Of a stretch of DNA of 64,000 nt, positions 40,329-49,492 are shown in pieces. Within the stretch, counting starts at the first letter, position 1, and each line of letters opens with the position of its first letter. A program made the translations under genes and the position numbers. The notes under the pieces were generated by a model. That model saw only the letters and a program-made list of their open reading frames with translations. It was not told where the DNA came from and ran no database searches. This stretch comes from an uncultured Gammaproteobacteria bacterium (GTDB lineage Bacteria > Patescibacteriota > Microgenomatia > Daviesbacterales > UBA10151). The stretch covers positions 136,898-200,897 of the forward strand of contig CAZKCV010000001.1 of assembly GCA_964551605.1 (NCBI GenBank). Reading direction: 5' to 3'.

Positions 40329-41045
40329 ATGACAATAATGAAAATTATCTTCTTGGGTACTCCGGATTTTGTTCAACCTATTAAAGATACCCTGGCCAAA
40401 CATTACACTTTAGTAGATTCATTAAATGAAGCCGATTTGGCAGTTGTGGCAGCTTTTGGAAAAATTCTCACCTCCGAAGAGCTTAATGCCCCAAAATATG
40501 GATCTGTTAATGTCCATCCGTCACTCCTGCCCAAATACAGGGGTCCGTCTCCCATCCAGGCAGCCATATTAAACGGGGATAAAACCTCCGGCATTAGCAT
40601 AATTAAAATGGACGAGGAAATGGACCATGGGCCAATAATATACCAAGAAGAAATAGAGCTTTCAGATAAGGATACTTTTGACAGTTTGAGTAAAAAAATG
40701 TTTCAGCGTGCAGCAGAGGTTTTACCGAAAGTTTTAGAAGATTTTATACAAAGAAAAATCCAACCCCGGTTACAGAGACACGCTATAGCGACTTATTGTA
40801 ACCTGCTTACCAAAAACAGTGGTTATTTTGATATTAACCAGCCGCCGTCACCAAAACATCTGGACCGCATGATCAGAGCTTATTACCCCTGGCCCGGTGT
40901 CTGGACTAGATGGAAGAGTAAAATTGTCAAGCTACACCCCAAGGGTGCAATCGGAGAAAGGTTAATCCAATTGGAAGGCAAAAAAGCTATACCCTTAAAA
41001 GATTTCCTAAATGGCTACCCTGATTTTCCAATCAAAACTCTCTAG
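40329..41045 (+). CDS. fmt: Methionyl-tRNA formyltransferase (short)
   Basis: Formyltransferase N-terminal domain motifs (HPSLLPKYRG). 238 aa. Part of the def-fmt pair. Confidence 0.75.
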   Translation: MTIMKIIFLGTPDFVQPIKDTLAKHYTLVDSLNEADLAVVAAFGKILTSEELNAPKYGSVNVHPSLLPKYRGPSPIQAAILNGDKTSGISIIKMDEEMDHGPIIYQEEIELSDKDTFDSLSKKMFQRAAEVLPKVLEDFIQRKIQPRLQRHAIATYCNLLTKNSGYFDINQPPSPKHLDRMIRAYYPWPGVWTRWKSKIVKLHPKGAIGERLIQLEGKKAIPLKDFLNGYPDFPIKTL

Positions 41046-41053
41046 AAGATTTT

Positions 41054-41479
41054 TTGTATAATTATTGGTTAATAAATATAAATATGTCACAGATTGAGCG
41101 ATCCACACCCGAATGGTTACAAGCAGTGAGCAGGGTCCGTCGTCAGATAGAGACTTTAACTGTCAACCTGGAAACAGGTCGGGGCGAACTACCGGAGCAT
41201 TGCTTTGCTTTTGCATATGACAAGGAGACAGGGGAAGGATTTGGTGCTTTAATACAGCGCGACTTTGAGTATATTGATGTACGCCATTTGCCAAAAGCTC
41301 CCCCGGAAGTTGTTGTCGATATCTTAATGAAAGTCTTCCCTATAGTGCCTCTTGTCTGTAACCGGCAAATCGCAGAACAACTATCTAAAAACCCCCGATC
41401 TGTCGAATGGCTAAGGGAAGATAATGGCCGGTTAATCAGTAGATCTGAGGGGACAATGATTGTTTACACTCCTCTATAG
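41054..41479 (+). CDS. Hypothetical protein (GC-rich)
   Basis: 141 aa. The true start is probably MSQIER near 41084. Confidence 0.35.
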   Translation: MYNYWLININMSQIERSTPEWLQAVSRVRRQIETLTVNLETGRGELPEHCFAFAYDKETGEGFGALIQRDFEYIDVRHLPKAPPEVVVDILMKVFPIVPLVCNRQIAEQLSKNPRSVEWLREDNGRLISRSEGTMIVYTPL

Positions 41480-41528
41480 TCCCATAGTTTGATTATTGAT
41501 CCTTTTTATATTATAATGTCAGATATAT

Positions 41529-42254
41529 ATGTTTCTGGAAAAATATCTACAGAACCCAAAACTGAGGGAACTCGTGGAAGAACGGGGCTATCAATCAGAT
41601 TTACCCTTAAACATACAGTTTTTACAAAAGGTTGGGCTCATAGAAGCGACCGGAATTATCCAACCAGGCACAAGAATCCTGGAAATCGGTTGCGGCGCAG
41701 GAGCCATGGCTGCGGAATTAACCCGCCGTGGTGGAACTGTAGCTGCACTTGAGTTAAACCTGGATGAACTTAAGAAGGGACGGGCGCGCTACCCGGAGGT
41801 AAATTTTGTCAACGCAGACGCACACACTATCCCATTTCCCGATAGCTTTTTTGACTGGATTGTCAGCTTTGATGCTATGGAACATTTGATTAACCTGCCA
41901 GGATATCTTACTGAAGCCCGGAGGGTGCTTGTTCCGAATGGATTAACAGCGTTTGGAATTCCCAACAAACCGGTTTCACGATTATGGGAATGGGCTAAAG
42001 GCAATTCATTTAAGCTCCAACAGACTTATCACCCCAGTGTGCAAACATACCGGGGTTTACAAAAGCTTTTCAGGGAAGCCGGCTTTGCTAAACCGCAATT
42101 TTTCAAAATGCCCTTCATGGATAGCAAAACATTAGATGAGATACAGATAACCGCCCTCGCCCCTGCCACCGGATTATTACAGCTTATACCCTGGAATCAT
42201 TGGCCGCAACCTCTTTATCCGATGTTTCATGCCGTGGCTCAAAAATCGGATTAA
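41529..42254 (+). CDS. Class I SAM-dependent methyltransferase
   Basis: ILEIGCGAGAMAAEL motif I, with downstream motifs. Confidence 0.75.
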   Translation: MFLEKYLQNPKLRELVEERGYQSDLPLNIQFLQKVGLIEATGIIQPGTRILEIGCGAGAMAAELTRRGGTVAALELNLDELKKGRARYPEVNFVNADAHTIPFPDSFFDWIVSFDAMEHLINLPGYLTEARRVLVPNGLTAFGIPNKPVSRLWEWAKGNSFKLQQTYHPSVQTYRGLQKLFREAGFAKPQFFKMPFMDSKTLDEIQITALAPATGLLQLIPWNHWPQPLYPMFHAVAQKSD

Positions 42255-42453
42255 GTTTTTTAACTATTCTCAAACATGAAGTACAGTATTTTTGGCCCTT
42301 AAACCTGTGAAGATTTGGCCGTTGTATCCTTTTATGAATCGGAGCGCGCAAAGCCCAGGTTCCGCCGGCTCCGGAAGAACCTTTCTTATGCCTGGAGAAA
42401 GCCACTGTATTCTTACCTTTTCCACACCGAAAACAAACTAACATGTGGTACAC
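42184..42453 (-). CDS. rpmB: 50S ribosomal protein L28 (zinc-ribbon type)
   Basis: C-RCGKG...SRH...PNLHRF...CTSCLR pattern. Confidence 0.55.
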   Translation of the reverse strand: MYHMLVCFRCGKGKNTVAFSRHKKGSSGAGGTWALRAPIHKRIQRPNLHRFKGQKYCTSCLRIVKKLNPIFEPRHETSDKEVAANDSRV

Positions 42454-43107
42454 TATAACATAATGGACCCGCAGTTACTAGTTGCCCTATCCCAAGCCGT
42501 CCCGTTAATTGTGCTTCTGTTTTCAGTCATACTTCACGAGGTAATGCATGGCTTTGTGGCCAAAAAATTCGGGGACAATACTGCCGAGCGGGCCGGCAGG
42601 CTAACCTTAAACCCTATCCCCCACATTGACCCGGTCGGCACCATACTCTTACCTCTTGCTTCCCTATATCTGGGAGGGATTCTCTTTGGTTGGGCAAAAC
42701 CAGTGCCGGTAAACCCGTTAAACTTTTCTAATTTAAGAAAGGGGGAGCTGATGGTTTCAGCAGCCGGCATACTGGCTAATTTTGGCCTGGCAGTGGCGGC
42801 AGCTTTAGTTTTTCGCCTACTGGACGGGCTGCCGCAGACATTCCCGGCTCTTTTAGGCGGCATCCTTAGTTTCACGGTATTGATTAACCTGGTCCTGGGG
42901 ATTTTTAATCTGCTGCCAATCCCGCCGCTTGACGGATCAAAAATATTGCTCTCCCAGTTGCCTTCTAAATTGGCAGCCGAGTACCAGAAAATAGAATCCT
43001 ACGGATTCATCATTTTATTATTACTACTTTTTACGGGCATGCTGGGGTTTGTTTTTAATATCGCCAGACTTTTGACCGCTGTTTTACTCGGTACCGGAGG
43101 TTTCTAA
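42445..43107 (+). CDS. Site-2 protease family (M50) membrane metalloprotease
   Basis: LHEVMHG HExxH motif in a TM helix. 220 aa. Confidence 0.75.
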   Translation: MVHYNIMDPQLLVALSQAVPLIVLLFSVILHEVMHGFVAKKFGDNTAERAGRLTLNPIPHIDPVGTILLPLASLYLGGILFGWAKPVPVNPLNFSNLRKGELMVSAAGILANFGLAVAAALVFRLLDGLPQTFPALLGGILSFTVLINLVLGIFNLLPIPPLDGSKILLSQLPSKLAAEYQKIESYGFIILLLLLFTGMLGFVFNIARLLTAVLLGTGGF

Positions 43108-44282
43108 TCCCGGAAAAAATTTCTGATTTGGACTACAAAAATCAAAGTCAAAAGAATTAATACTGCGGAAACAGTAAAGGGTGAGTGAAAATCAAAGTTA
43201 GCAAACAGCCAGCCGCCCAGGATCGGCCCAAAGATCCGGCCTAAGGATTCAAAGGAAGCAAAAATTCCCATGGTAGTCCCCTGTCCCTCCCTGGTTTTTT
43301 TGGAAACCAAGGTAGCCACTGTCGGCCGCGTGATGGATGAACCCACAGTCATCAGCACCATAAAGAGAAGCAGGAAAATACCGTCTTTGGCAAAAGGCAC
43401 CAAAAACAGCCCCACAGCCATCAGCGTCAGGCCCAATACTACCGCCTTGTGTTCACCGATTATTTTCGTCACCCTAAATACTATCAGAGCCTGCATGAAC
43501 ATGGCCAAAAACCCCTGGATGGAGAAAAAATAACCGATATTGGAAACTGATAAATTAAGTTTCTCCAAACCAAAAAGCGGCACTGCCACTTCATTATTAG
43601 TTAGGGCAAAAGACCACAAAAATGTCAGGATAAAAAATGACCCCAGCTCCCCTTTTAAGCCGGAATACATATGTTTTACATTAAAAAGGCCTTCTTTAAG
43701 GGTGAGGATTTCCGCTTTCTTGCTTAAAGATTCAGGCAGGAATTTAAGTACTAACAGAAAATTAATCAGGGCTAAAATGCCGGCTGCAAAAAAAGGGAAG
43801 GATAAATTTATGGAAGACAACACCCCGCCAATTCCGGGACCAAAGATAAAACCGGCTGAAAAAGAGGCTCCCAAATTACCCATGCCTTTAATCCGCTCCT
43901 CCGGAGTAGTCACATCAGAAACATAGGCATGGACAGAAGAAATAGCTGCAGCAGAAAAAATTCCCTGCAAAATCCTGGCTGCAAACAGCCAGAACAAGCT
44001 GTTGGCTAACCCGAACAGCACAAACGAAACACCTAGGCCTAAAAGCGAAATCACAATAATCGGCTTTCGGCCGTACCGATCGGATAGCCTGCCCCAAAGC
44101 GGTGCTAAGAAGAATTGGGCTATGGCATAACTGCCTGCCAAAAGACCCACCGTCCACTCTGTAGCATTAAAATGCCGGGCATAGAAAGGCAGCAGGGGAA
44201 AAATCATCCCAAAGCCAACTATGGTAATAAAAACCGTAGCATAGAGAAAGACAAGTGGCGGCTGTTTTCTAATTTTATCCAT
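43104..44282 (-). CDS. MFS transporter
   Basis: 12 TM helices and the GRLSDRYGRKP motif-A loop. Confidence 0.8.
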   Translation of the reverse strand: MDKIRKQPPLVFLYATVFITIVGFGMIFPLLPFYARHFNATEWTVGLLAGSYAIAQFFLAPLWGRLSDRYGRKPIIVISLLGLGVSFVLFGLANSLFWLFAARILQGIFSAAAISSVHAYVSDVTTPEERIKGMGNLGASFSAGFIFGPGIGGVLSSINLSFPFFAAGILALINFLLVLKFLPESLSKKAEILTLKEGLFNVKHMYSGLKGELGSFFILTFLWSFALTNNEVAVPLFGLEKLNLSVSNIGYFFSIQGFLAMFMQALIVFRVTKIIGEHKAVVLGLTLMAVGLFLVPFAKDGIFLLLFMVLMTVGSSITRPTVATLVSKKTREGQGTTMGIFASFESLGRIFGPILGGWLFANFDFHSPFTVSAVLILLTLIFVVQIRNFFRD

Positions 44283-44302
44283 CCGGATAGTATAACTTAA
44301 AA

Positions 44303-44992
44303 TTGCTTACGATTGACAACCAAAAGATTAATTGCTACCCTACTAGATCAGGAGGCTGCTTACTCTTAAAATTAATGAGTGAGAGAGATAAAAGTAATCT
44401 TTTAGAAATCAGGCGCCTTGTAGCAACAGGTATTTTTGATAATACCATCCTCAAACGGGCCGAAAATATTGTTGCAAAACGCAAAGATGATGGCTTAGGC
44501 TACCGGGAGCTTCAAACTGAACTTACCCTGCGCAGTCTCTCGCTTTACAGCTCTAGAGCCTTGTCTAGAAGAAATGGCGGTCTGGAATTTTTTCTGGCTG
44601 ATTGCCTGCCACCACGCAGCAACCTTAAATTAATTACCAATGGCACCTCTGTTGAGGAATTTTTTGCAACTGCTGTGACCGGGACTCTGGAAAGACTCTG
44701 GGAGGCGGCAAGGGAGAAATTCGACGGCGCTGACAATAAAAAAATAGGGTGGATAGTAGATGAGCAGTGGTGGGGAGTTACGGACAAAACGAGTGGTTAT
44801 TCAGCCAAGGAGTGGCAGATTATGACCAGGTGCGCTACGCTTCAGCGAAATAAAGGCAACCTGGGGACTGTAATCAAAACCATCTGTTACTGTTTTGCCA
44901 CACCCGCCCCTGAAAGGTATCAGGATGCACCAATATGGATTCCTAAGCCGAAACAAAGGAAAGGTCACCACCGCAAGAGATACCTGCCATAA
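44303..44992 (+). CDS. Hypothetical protein (GC-rich)
   Basis: 229 aa, no motif. Basic C-terminal tail. Confidence 0.35.
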   Translation: MLTIDNQKINCYPTRSGGCLLLKLMSERDKSNLLEIRRLVATGIFDNTILKRAENIVAKRKDDGLGYRELQTELTLRSLSLYSSRALSRRNGGLEFFLADCLPPRSNLKLITNGTSVEEFFATAVTGTLERLWEAAREKFDGADNKKIGWIVDEQWWGVTDKTSGYSAKEWQIMTRCATLQRNKGNLGTVIKTICYCFATPAPERYQDAPIWIPKPKQRKGHHRKRYLP

Positions 44993-45000
44993 GGAAAAGT

Positions 45001-45984
45001 ATGGAAAGATCTATCGAAGGATACCATAGAAAATGTGTCCCGCTAAACAAAGGGGGACTTTTTGCAGAAAATCCCTTAACGCCGGCCGAGCAAGACATAC
45101 TGCGCCTGCGCCGGGATGGTGCTAACACTGACAAGGCTATCGCGGAAGAACGCAATTGTTCTCTTTCAACTGTAAAAGGAATTCTTACCAATATTAGAGA
45201 AAAACTGCGTGAAGACGGATTTATAATTCGCAACACTGCTGATGTTGTTTGTATTGCTACCTCAAAAGGTTGGATCTCTCCTGACACAGGCTTGACAGCA
45301 AGAGAAGAAACCTATAAAATCCGTCCCATGACAGAAAATGAGCCTGCTTCATTAATACAGATTAGTGCACAGATTGAAAAAAGAACCAGCTGGCTTGAAC
45401 AGAGACAAAGTATGGTTAACAAACCAGGCGGCCCATATTGGCCGGAACACTTGCGGATTGGGGTTTTGCAGCAAATCCCAGATGCTGATTATTTGGATAA
45501 AGCGGTAGAGTTTGGGCACAGGTTAGAGAGGGCAAGAGATATTATGGTTACAACCACTATTCCCCGCTTAGAAACAAGGATCAAAGAACTTGCCTGTCAA
45601 CGCGCGGTTCTGGCAGAGTCCAGATTGGCGGCGGTAGAAGAGTTCGCTGACGTGTTAGGGAAAGACGCTTTAGATCGGGCCAAAGGAGTAGTTGAAAAAT
45701 GGCGACAGGAGTGTGGTTTAGTCAGTTTACCGCCGCAAACAGTGGAAGAAACTGGAGAAAGTAGCCCTAAACAACATTACACTACCGAGGATGTTGCTGC
45801 GGCAAAGGGGGTTGATCCGAATGATAAACGGGCATTCAATGGTCTTCAAGTCAAGATTTCCGTTCTTTTAAGAACACACCAGATCGCTCCTGAGCGCGGC
45901 AAGCGAAACCGAATCCTTTTTAATCCTGAGCAATTTCAGGAGATGGTAGAACTACTCTCAGGCCGCCCAGCTTCAACAACTTGA
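45001..45984 (+). CDS. LuxR/GerE-type HTH regulator with unknown C-terminal domain
   Basis: LTPAEQDILRL...AIAEERNCSLSTVK N-terminal HTH. Confidence 0.5.
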   Translation: MERSIEGYHRKCVPLNKGGLFAENPLTPAEQDILRLRRDGANTDKAIAEERNCSLSTVKGILTNIREKLREDGFIIRNTADVVCIATSKGWISPDTGLTAREETYKIRPMTENEPASLIQISAQIEKRTSWLEQRQSMVNKPGGPYWPEHLRIGVLQQIPDADYLDKAVEFGHRLERARDIMVTTTIPRLETRIKELACQRAVLAESRLAAVEEFADVLGKDALDRAKGVVEKWRQECGLVSLPPQTVEETGESSPKQHYTTEDVAAAKGVDPNDKRAFNGLQVKISVLLRTHQIAPERGKRNRILFNPEQFQEMVELLSGRPASTT

Positions 45985-46333
45985 CAAACTTTTAAGTTTA
46001 GTACTACAATTAAACTATCCTAAAGGACATTTGTAGATGGCCTAAAGGTGTCCCTACCTAGCACGTTAAAAGCCAAAATATTTTTCTTCACTGATTTGAT
46101 ACTTTACGGGAATCCGGAGTGTGTTAAAGCTTCTGCCCAAACACCAGGATACCCACCTTAGCATTGCTGAGGAAGAAATTTGGCTATCGGCTATCGTAGG
46201 GAGGAATTATTTTCTTTCTGACCTGATTGATAATTCTAAAAATTCATTAAGATGGGCTAAAAAAGTCCATTTGCTTCTGTTATTTAATTTTCCACTAACT
46301 TTTTATATCTAAACTTGATAAAATATACCTTGT

Positions 46334-46408
46334 GCCGAAGTAGCTCAGCTGGCCTAGAGCGCCACTTTTGTAAAGTGGATGTCGTGGGTTCAAATCCCAC
46401 CTTCGGCT
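46334..46408 (+). tRNA. tRNA-Thr (anticodon UGU)
   Basis: Cloverleaf with 7-bp acceptor gccgaag/cttcggc, anticodon loop tTTGTaa, T-loop ttcaaat. The CCA end is not encoded. Confidence 0.7.
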
Positions 46409-46414
46409 CAGAAC

Positions 46415-46489
46415 GCCGACATAGCTTAGTGGTAAAGCACTTCATTGGTAATGAAGAGACCGTGGGTTCGATCCCCACTGTCGGCTCCA
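46415..46489 (+). tRNA. tRNA-Thr (anticodon GGU)
   Basis: Acceptor gccgaca/tgtcggc, anticodon loop ttGGTaa, T-arm gtggg-ttcgatc-cccac, encoded CCA. Confidence 0.7.
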
Positions 46490-46532
46490 ACGAACATAGA
46501 CATCAGTATAACATCTATGTTATACTATTTTT

Positions 46533-46805
46533 ATGAGTAAATGGGAAGATTTAGAAAAAGAATTATTATCCGATCCAAAGACAAAAAAGGAGTATGACAA
46601 ACTTGCTCCCCGTTACGCAGTAATCTCGGCTCTAATTGATGCCCGTACCAAAAAGGGATTAACTCAAAAAGAACTTGCCCAAAAGATTGGTACCAAACAA
46701 TCTGCTATAGCAAGACTGGAATCAGGTAGCGTTAACCCCTCACTCGAGTTTCTGCAAAAAATCGCCCAAGTCATGGGGTATAAATTAACTATCCAACTCC
46801 GATAG
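46533..46805 (+). CDS. HTH-XRE antitoxin-like regulator (HigA-like family)
   Basis: MSKWEDLEKELLSDPKTKKEY...KGLTQKELA...TKQSAIARLESG..PSLEFLQKIAQVMG. Confidence 0.7.
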   Translation: MSKWEDLEKELLSDPKTKKEYDKLAPRYAVISALIDARTKKGLTQKELAQKIGTKQSAIARLESGSVNPSLEFLQKIAQVMGYKLTIQLR

Positions 46806-46826
46806 CATGTATTTCCCGCTCTCAAT

Positions 46827-47738
46827 TTACGGGGTTTCTACTTCTACCTGGATATATTTTACTTCCGGCACTTTACTTTTAATTTCTGCCTTGATCCTAT
46901 CCATGATTTTTTCAATATCAGTAGTAGTTAAATTCCTTTTTAAGTTTACTTCCGCATTTACCAGCAGCTTTTCCGAGCCTATATGAATGGTTTTTAGCTC
47001 CAGTACTTTCTTAACTTCCGGGGCCATCATAATAGCCCGGCGGATTTTATTTTCCACCTCCTCAGAAGCGCTTTGCCCAATAATCAACTCCCTGATCGGC
47101 ATCATCAGCAACACTCCAAAGACGGCCAAAAGTCCGCCGATCACCATGGCTCCCAGCCCATCAAACAACAGATTCCCGGTAATTTGATAAAAGACTAAAG
47201 CTGTCAAACCTGATACTGCAGCCAGGGCACCCATCAAATCCAGCACAAAGGCAGTTTTTGTTTCAATTAAAGGAGAATTAACAAAGGCTTGCCTGATTTT
47301 TAAGATACTTTTACCCTTTAATAATCTTCTGGAACTTAAGGATAAAGCATAACCATTGGTCATGGTGCTTAAAACCAAGATGCCGAAAGCCAGGTAGATA
47401 TTGTTGATCGGCAATGGGCTAAGAAACCTCTGCCAACCAAAATAGAACGAGAGTGTAGAAGTTACGCCTAAAATCAGTACGCTGGCCAGCATGGTCCAGA
47501 AATACAGTTCCAAACCATATCCAAACGGGTGCTTTTTATCCGAAGGCTTACGGGAACGGACTAAACCAATTAGCAAAAAGCCGGCTGCTGCTAAATCTGC
47601 CAAACCCTGCAGTGTTTCAGCTATCATGACCACGCTGCCGGAAAGAATAGCCACCGTAAAATTGGTTAAAACATCCAGCAGGTCAACCAAAAAGGAAGTA
47701 ATTATGACTCTACCGGCAGAAGGGGCTGATTGCATCAC
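46827..47738 (-). CDS. Cation diffusion facilitator family transporter
   Basis: 6 TM helices plus a C-terminal cytoplasmic domain. Confidence 0.8.
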   Translation of the reverse strand: MMQSAPSAGRVIITSFLVDLLDVLTNFTVAILSGSVVMIAETLQGLADLAAAGFLLIGLVRSRKPSDKKHPFGYGLELYFWTMLASVLILGVTSTLSFYFGWQRFLSPLPINNIYLAFGILVLSTMTNGYALSLSSRRLLKGKSILKIRQAFVNSPLIETKTAFVLDLMGALAAVSGLTALVFYQITGNLLFDGLGAMVIGGLLAVFGVLLMMPIRELIIGQSASEEVENKIRRAIMMAPEVKKVLELKTIHIGSEKLLVNAEVNLKRNLTTTDIEKIMDRIKAEIKSKVPEVKYIQVEVETP

Positions 47739-47946
47739 TTAAAATTATAATATATAATCCCCTGATATGGCGAAAAAGGGGAATAGACAATTATTTATCT
47801 TCCAGTGTTCTGTTTGCAAAAACAGGAATTATACTGCCACAAAAAACACGGTCAATATAAAAGAAAAACTTACTTTGAGTAAATTCTGTAAACACTGCCG
47901 CAAGACCACGGAACACAAAGAAATCAAACTCTAGCCATTTACTTCA

Positions 47947-47980
47947 TGTCATTCTGAGCGTAACGAAGAATCTCAAGATT
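47947..47980. repeat. Family B element (partial) upstream of the HTH/endonuclease-like gene
   Basis: gtcattctgagcgtaacgaagaatctcaagatt. Confidence 0.5.
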
Positions 47981-48052
47981 TAATTCACATTTACCTATTA
48001 ATTTAATTATTGACGAATATAAATCGAACCATGTAGTATGGTTATATAACAT

Positions 48053-48715
48053 ATGGCTTACAAAATGGAACTTAAGGGGAGGGCTATAAACTTAAGAGAA
48101 CAGGGTTATTCCATCAAAGAAATTGCAAAACTTCTCAGTATTGCAAAAAGCACTTCATCTGCATGGCTCAGTAATATTATGCTGTCCCCTAAGGCACAGG
48201 AAAGATTAAAGTCTCGTAGAATTTTAGGACAATACAAATCTATAGAAATCGCACGTAAAAAAAGGGTTGCGCAACAGCTAATATTAACAAATGAGGCTAA
48301 CCAACTTTTATCGAAAGTCTCAATCAATCCAGCAATATGTAAATTATGTTGCGCCCTACTCTTTTGGTGTGAAGGTGCTAAAACCAATACTCTAGTGAAA
48401 TTCACAAATTCAGACCCATCTCTAATAAAATTATTTCTTGATTTACTAAGAACAGGGTTTAAAATTGATGAATCAAAACTAAGAATCCTTATGCATTTAC
48501 ATGAATATCATGTGGAAGAGAAGCAAAAAATATTTTGGAGAGAGATCACTAAAATTCCCCTAGAACAATTCCACAGATCATATCTAAAACCTCACACAGG
48601 GAAACGGAAACATCCGAATTATCCTGGCTGCATTTCTGTAACATATTACAATGCTAAAGTTGCAAAAGAGTTAGCTACAATCTACAATACTTTTGTACAA
48701 AGGGGCGTCCGTTAA
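48053..48715 (+). CDS. HTH-domain protein, possible homing-endonuclease-like. Its 3' end overlaps tRNA-Trp.
   Basis: N-terminal HTH LREQGYSIKEIAKLL. C-terminal region is weakly LAGLIDADG-like (ALLFWCEGAK...LIKLFLDLL). The last 5 codons lie inside the tRNA acceptor stem. Confidence 0.4.
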   Translation: MAYKMELKGRAINLREQGYSIKEIAKLLSIAKSTSSAWLSNIMLSPKAQERLKSRRILGQYKSIEIARKKRVAQQLILTNEANQLLSKVSINPAICKLCCALLFWCEGAKTNTLVKFTNSDPSLIKLFLDLLRTGFKIDESKLRILMHLHEYHVEEKQKIFWREITKIPLEQFHRSYLKPHTGKRKHPNYPGCISVTYYNAKVAKELATIYNTFVQRGVR

Positions 48716-48772
48716 CTGGTAAACGGTTTCTCTCCAAAAGAAATCCTGCAGGTTCGAGTCCTGCCGCCCCTG
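48701..48772 (+). tRNA. tRNA-Trp (anticodon CCA)
   Basis: Acceptor aggggcg/cgcccct, anticodon stem tttct/agaaa with loop ctCCAaa, T-arm gcagg-ttcgagt-cctgc. Confidence 0.7.
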
Positions 48773-48785
48773 CATTATTATGAAT

Positions 48786-49175
48786 TCATTTAGCGGTGAG
48801 TTTATGGAGATCTTTGTCAAAAGTGAAAAGTTCTGCTTTTTCAATCTCAGCTTTTGAAAATAAAAAAGAATCAACAAAACTAACGTCTTCTTTTTCATAA
48901 AGAGTAAGCGCTTTGCTAAAAATATCCCGTGATTCAATATTTATATATTTTGTAGCAACTAACGGTTTTAGCTGTTTAATCACTACGGATTTATTATAAA
49001 GATAATATTTACGTAGGATGAAATCTAATTCAAAAATAGTCGCCTGGGCAACACAAAGCTTAATCTCATTACGCTTTGCTCTATTTAGTAACTGTTCACA
49101 GGCTTCTTTCTGTTGGGGAATATCATTGAGGAGAAAATGGAGTAAGACATTTGTGTCAACAATTATTGACTTCAT
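48786..49175 (-). CDS. vapC: PIN-domain toxin VapC
   Basis: IIVDTNVLL N-terminus and conserved acidic residues. 4-nt overlap with the antitoxin gene. Confidence 0.8.
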   Translation of the reverse strand: MKSIIVDTNVLLHFLLNDIPQQKEACEQLLNRAKRNEIKLCVAQATIFELDFILRKYYLYNKSVVIKQLKPLVATKYINIESRDIFSKALTLYEKEDVSFVDSFLFSKAEIEKAELFTFDKDLHKLTAK

Positions 49176-49435
49176 TTTACTTTCTCAAGTTTTTTTTCGT
49201 ATTCTTCTGCAATAGTTTTTCCTACAAAATCGTCAAGCTCTTGATTAGATAATGGTCTTTTATTCGTTTTCAGTGATCCTGCAAGTTCCAAAAAATCTTT
49301 TACCGGTTCAATAATCAACTTTTCACCCTCCAGGGAAACCAGGGCTTTTTTACCTTTATTTAATCCTAACTCCCTTCGGAATCCGGCCGGAATACTTATT
49401 TGACCCTGGGATGTAATGGAAACTGTATATGTCAT
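49172..49435 (-). CDS. vapB: AbrB/SpoVT-family antitoxin VapB
   Basis: 87 aa with a swapped-hairpin N-terminus. Upstream partner of vapC. Confidence 0.7.
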   Translation of the reverse strand: MTYTVSITSQGQISIPAGFRRELGLNKGKKALVSLEGEKLIIEPVKDFLELAGSLKTNKRPLSNQELDDFVGKTIAEEYEKKLEKVK

Positions 49436-49492
49436 ACATTAAATTTATCATAGTATATTACATTTGTCAATATACATTAACTTCGATAAGAT

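Noticed and set aside
42184-42453. Possibility that this small Cys-rich ORF is spurious
   Set aside because: The C..CGKG / SRH / PNLHRF / C..CLR spacing matches ribosomal protein L28. I retained it as rpmB at moderate confidence rather than rejecting it.
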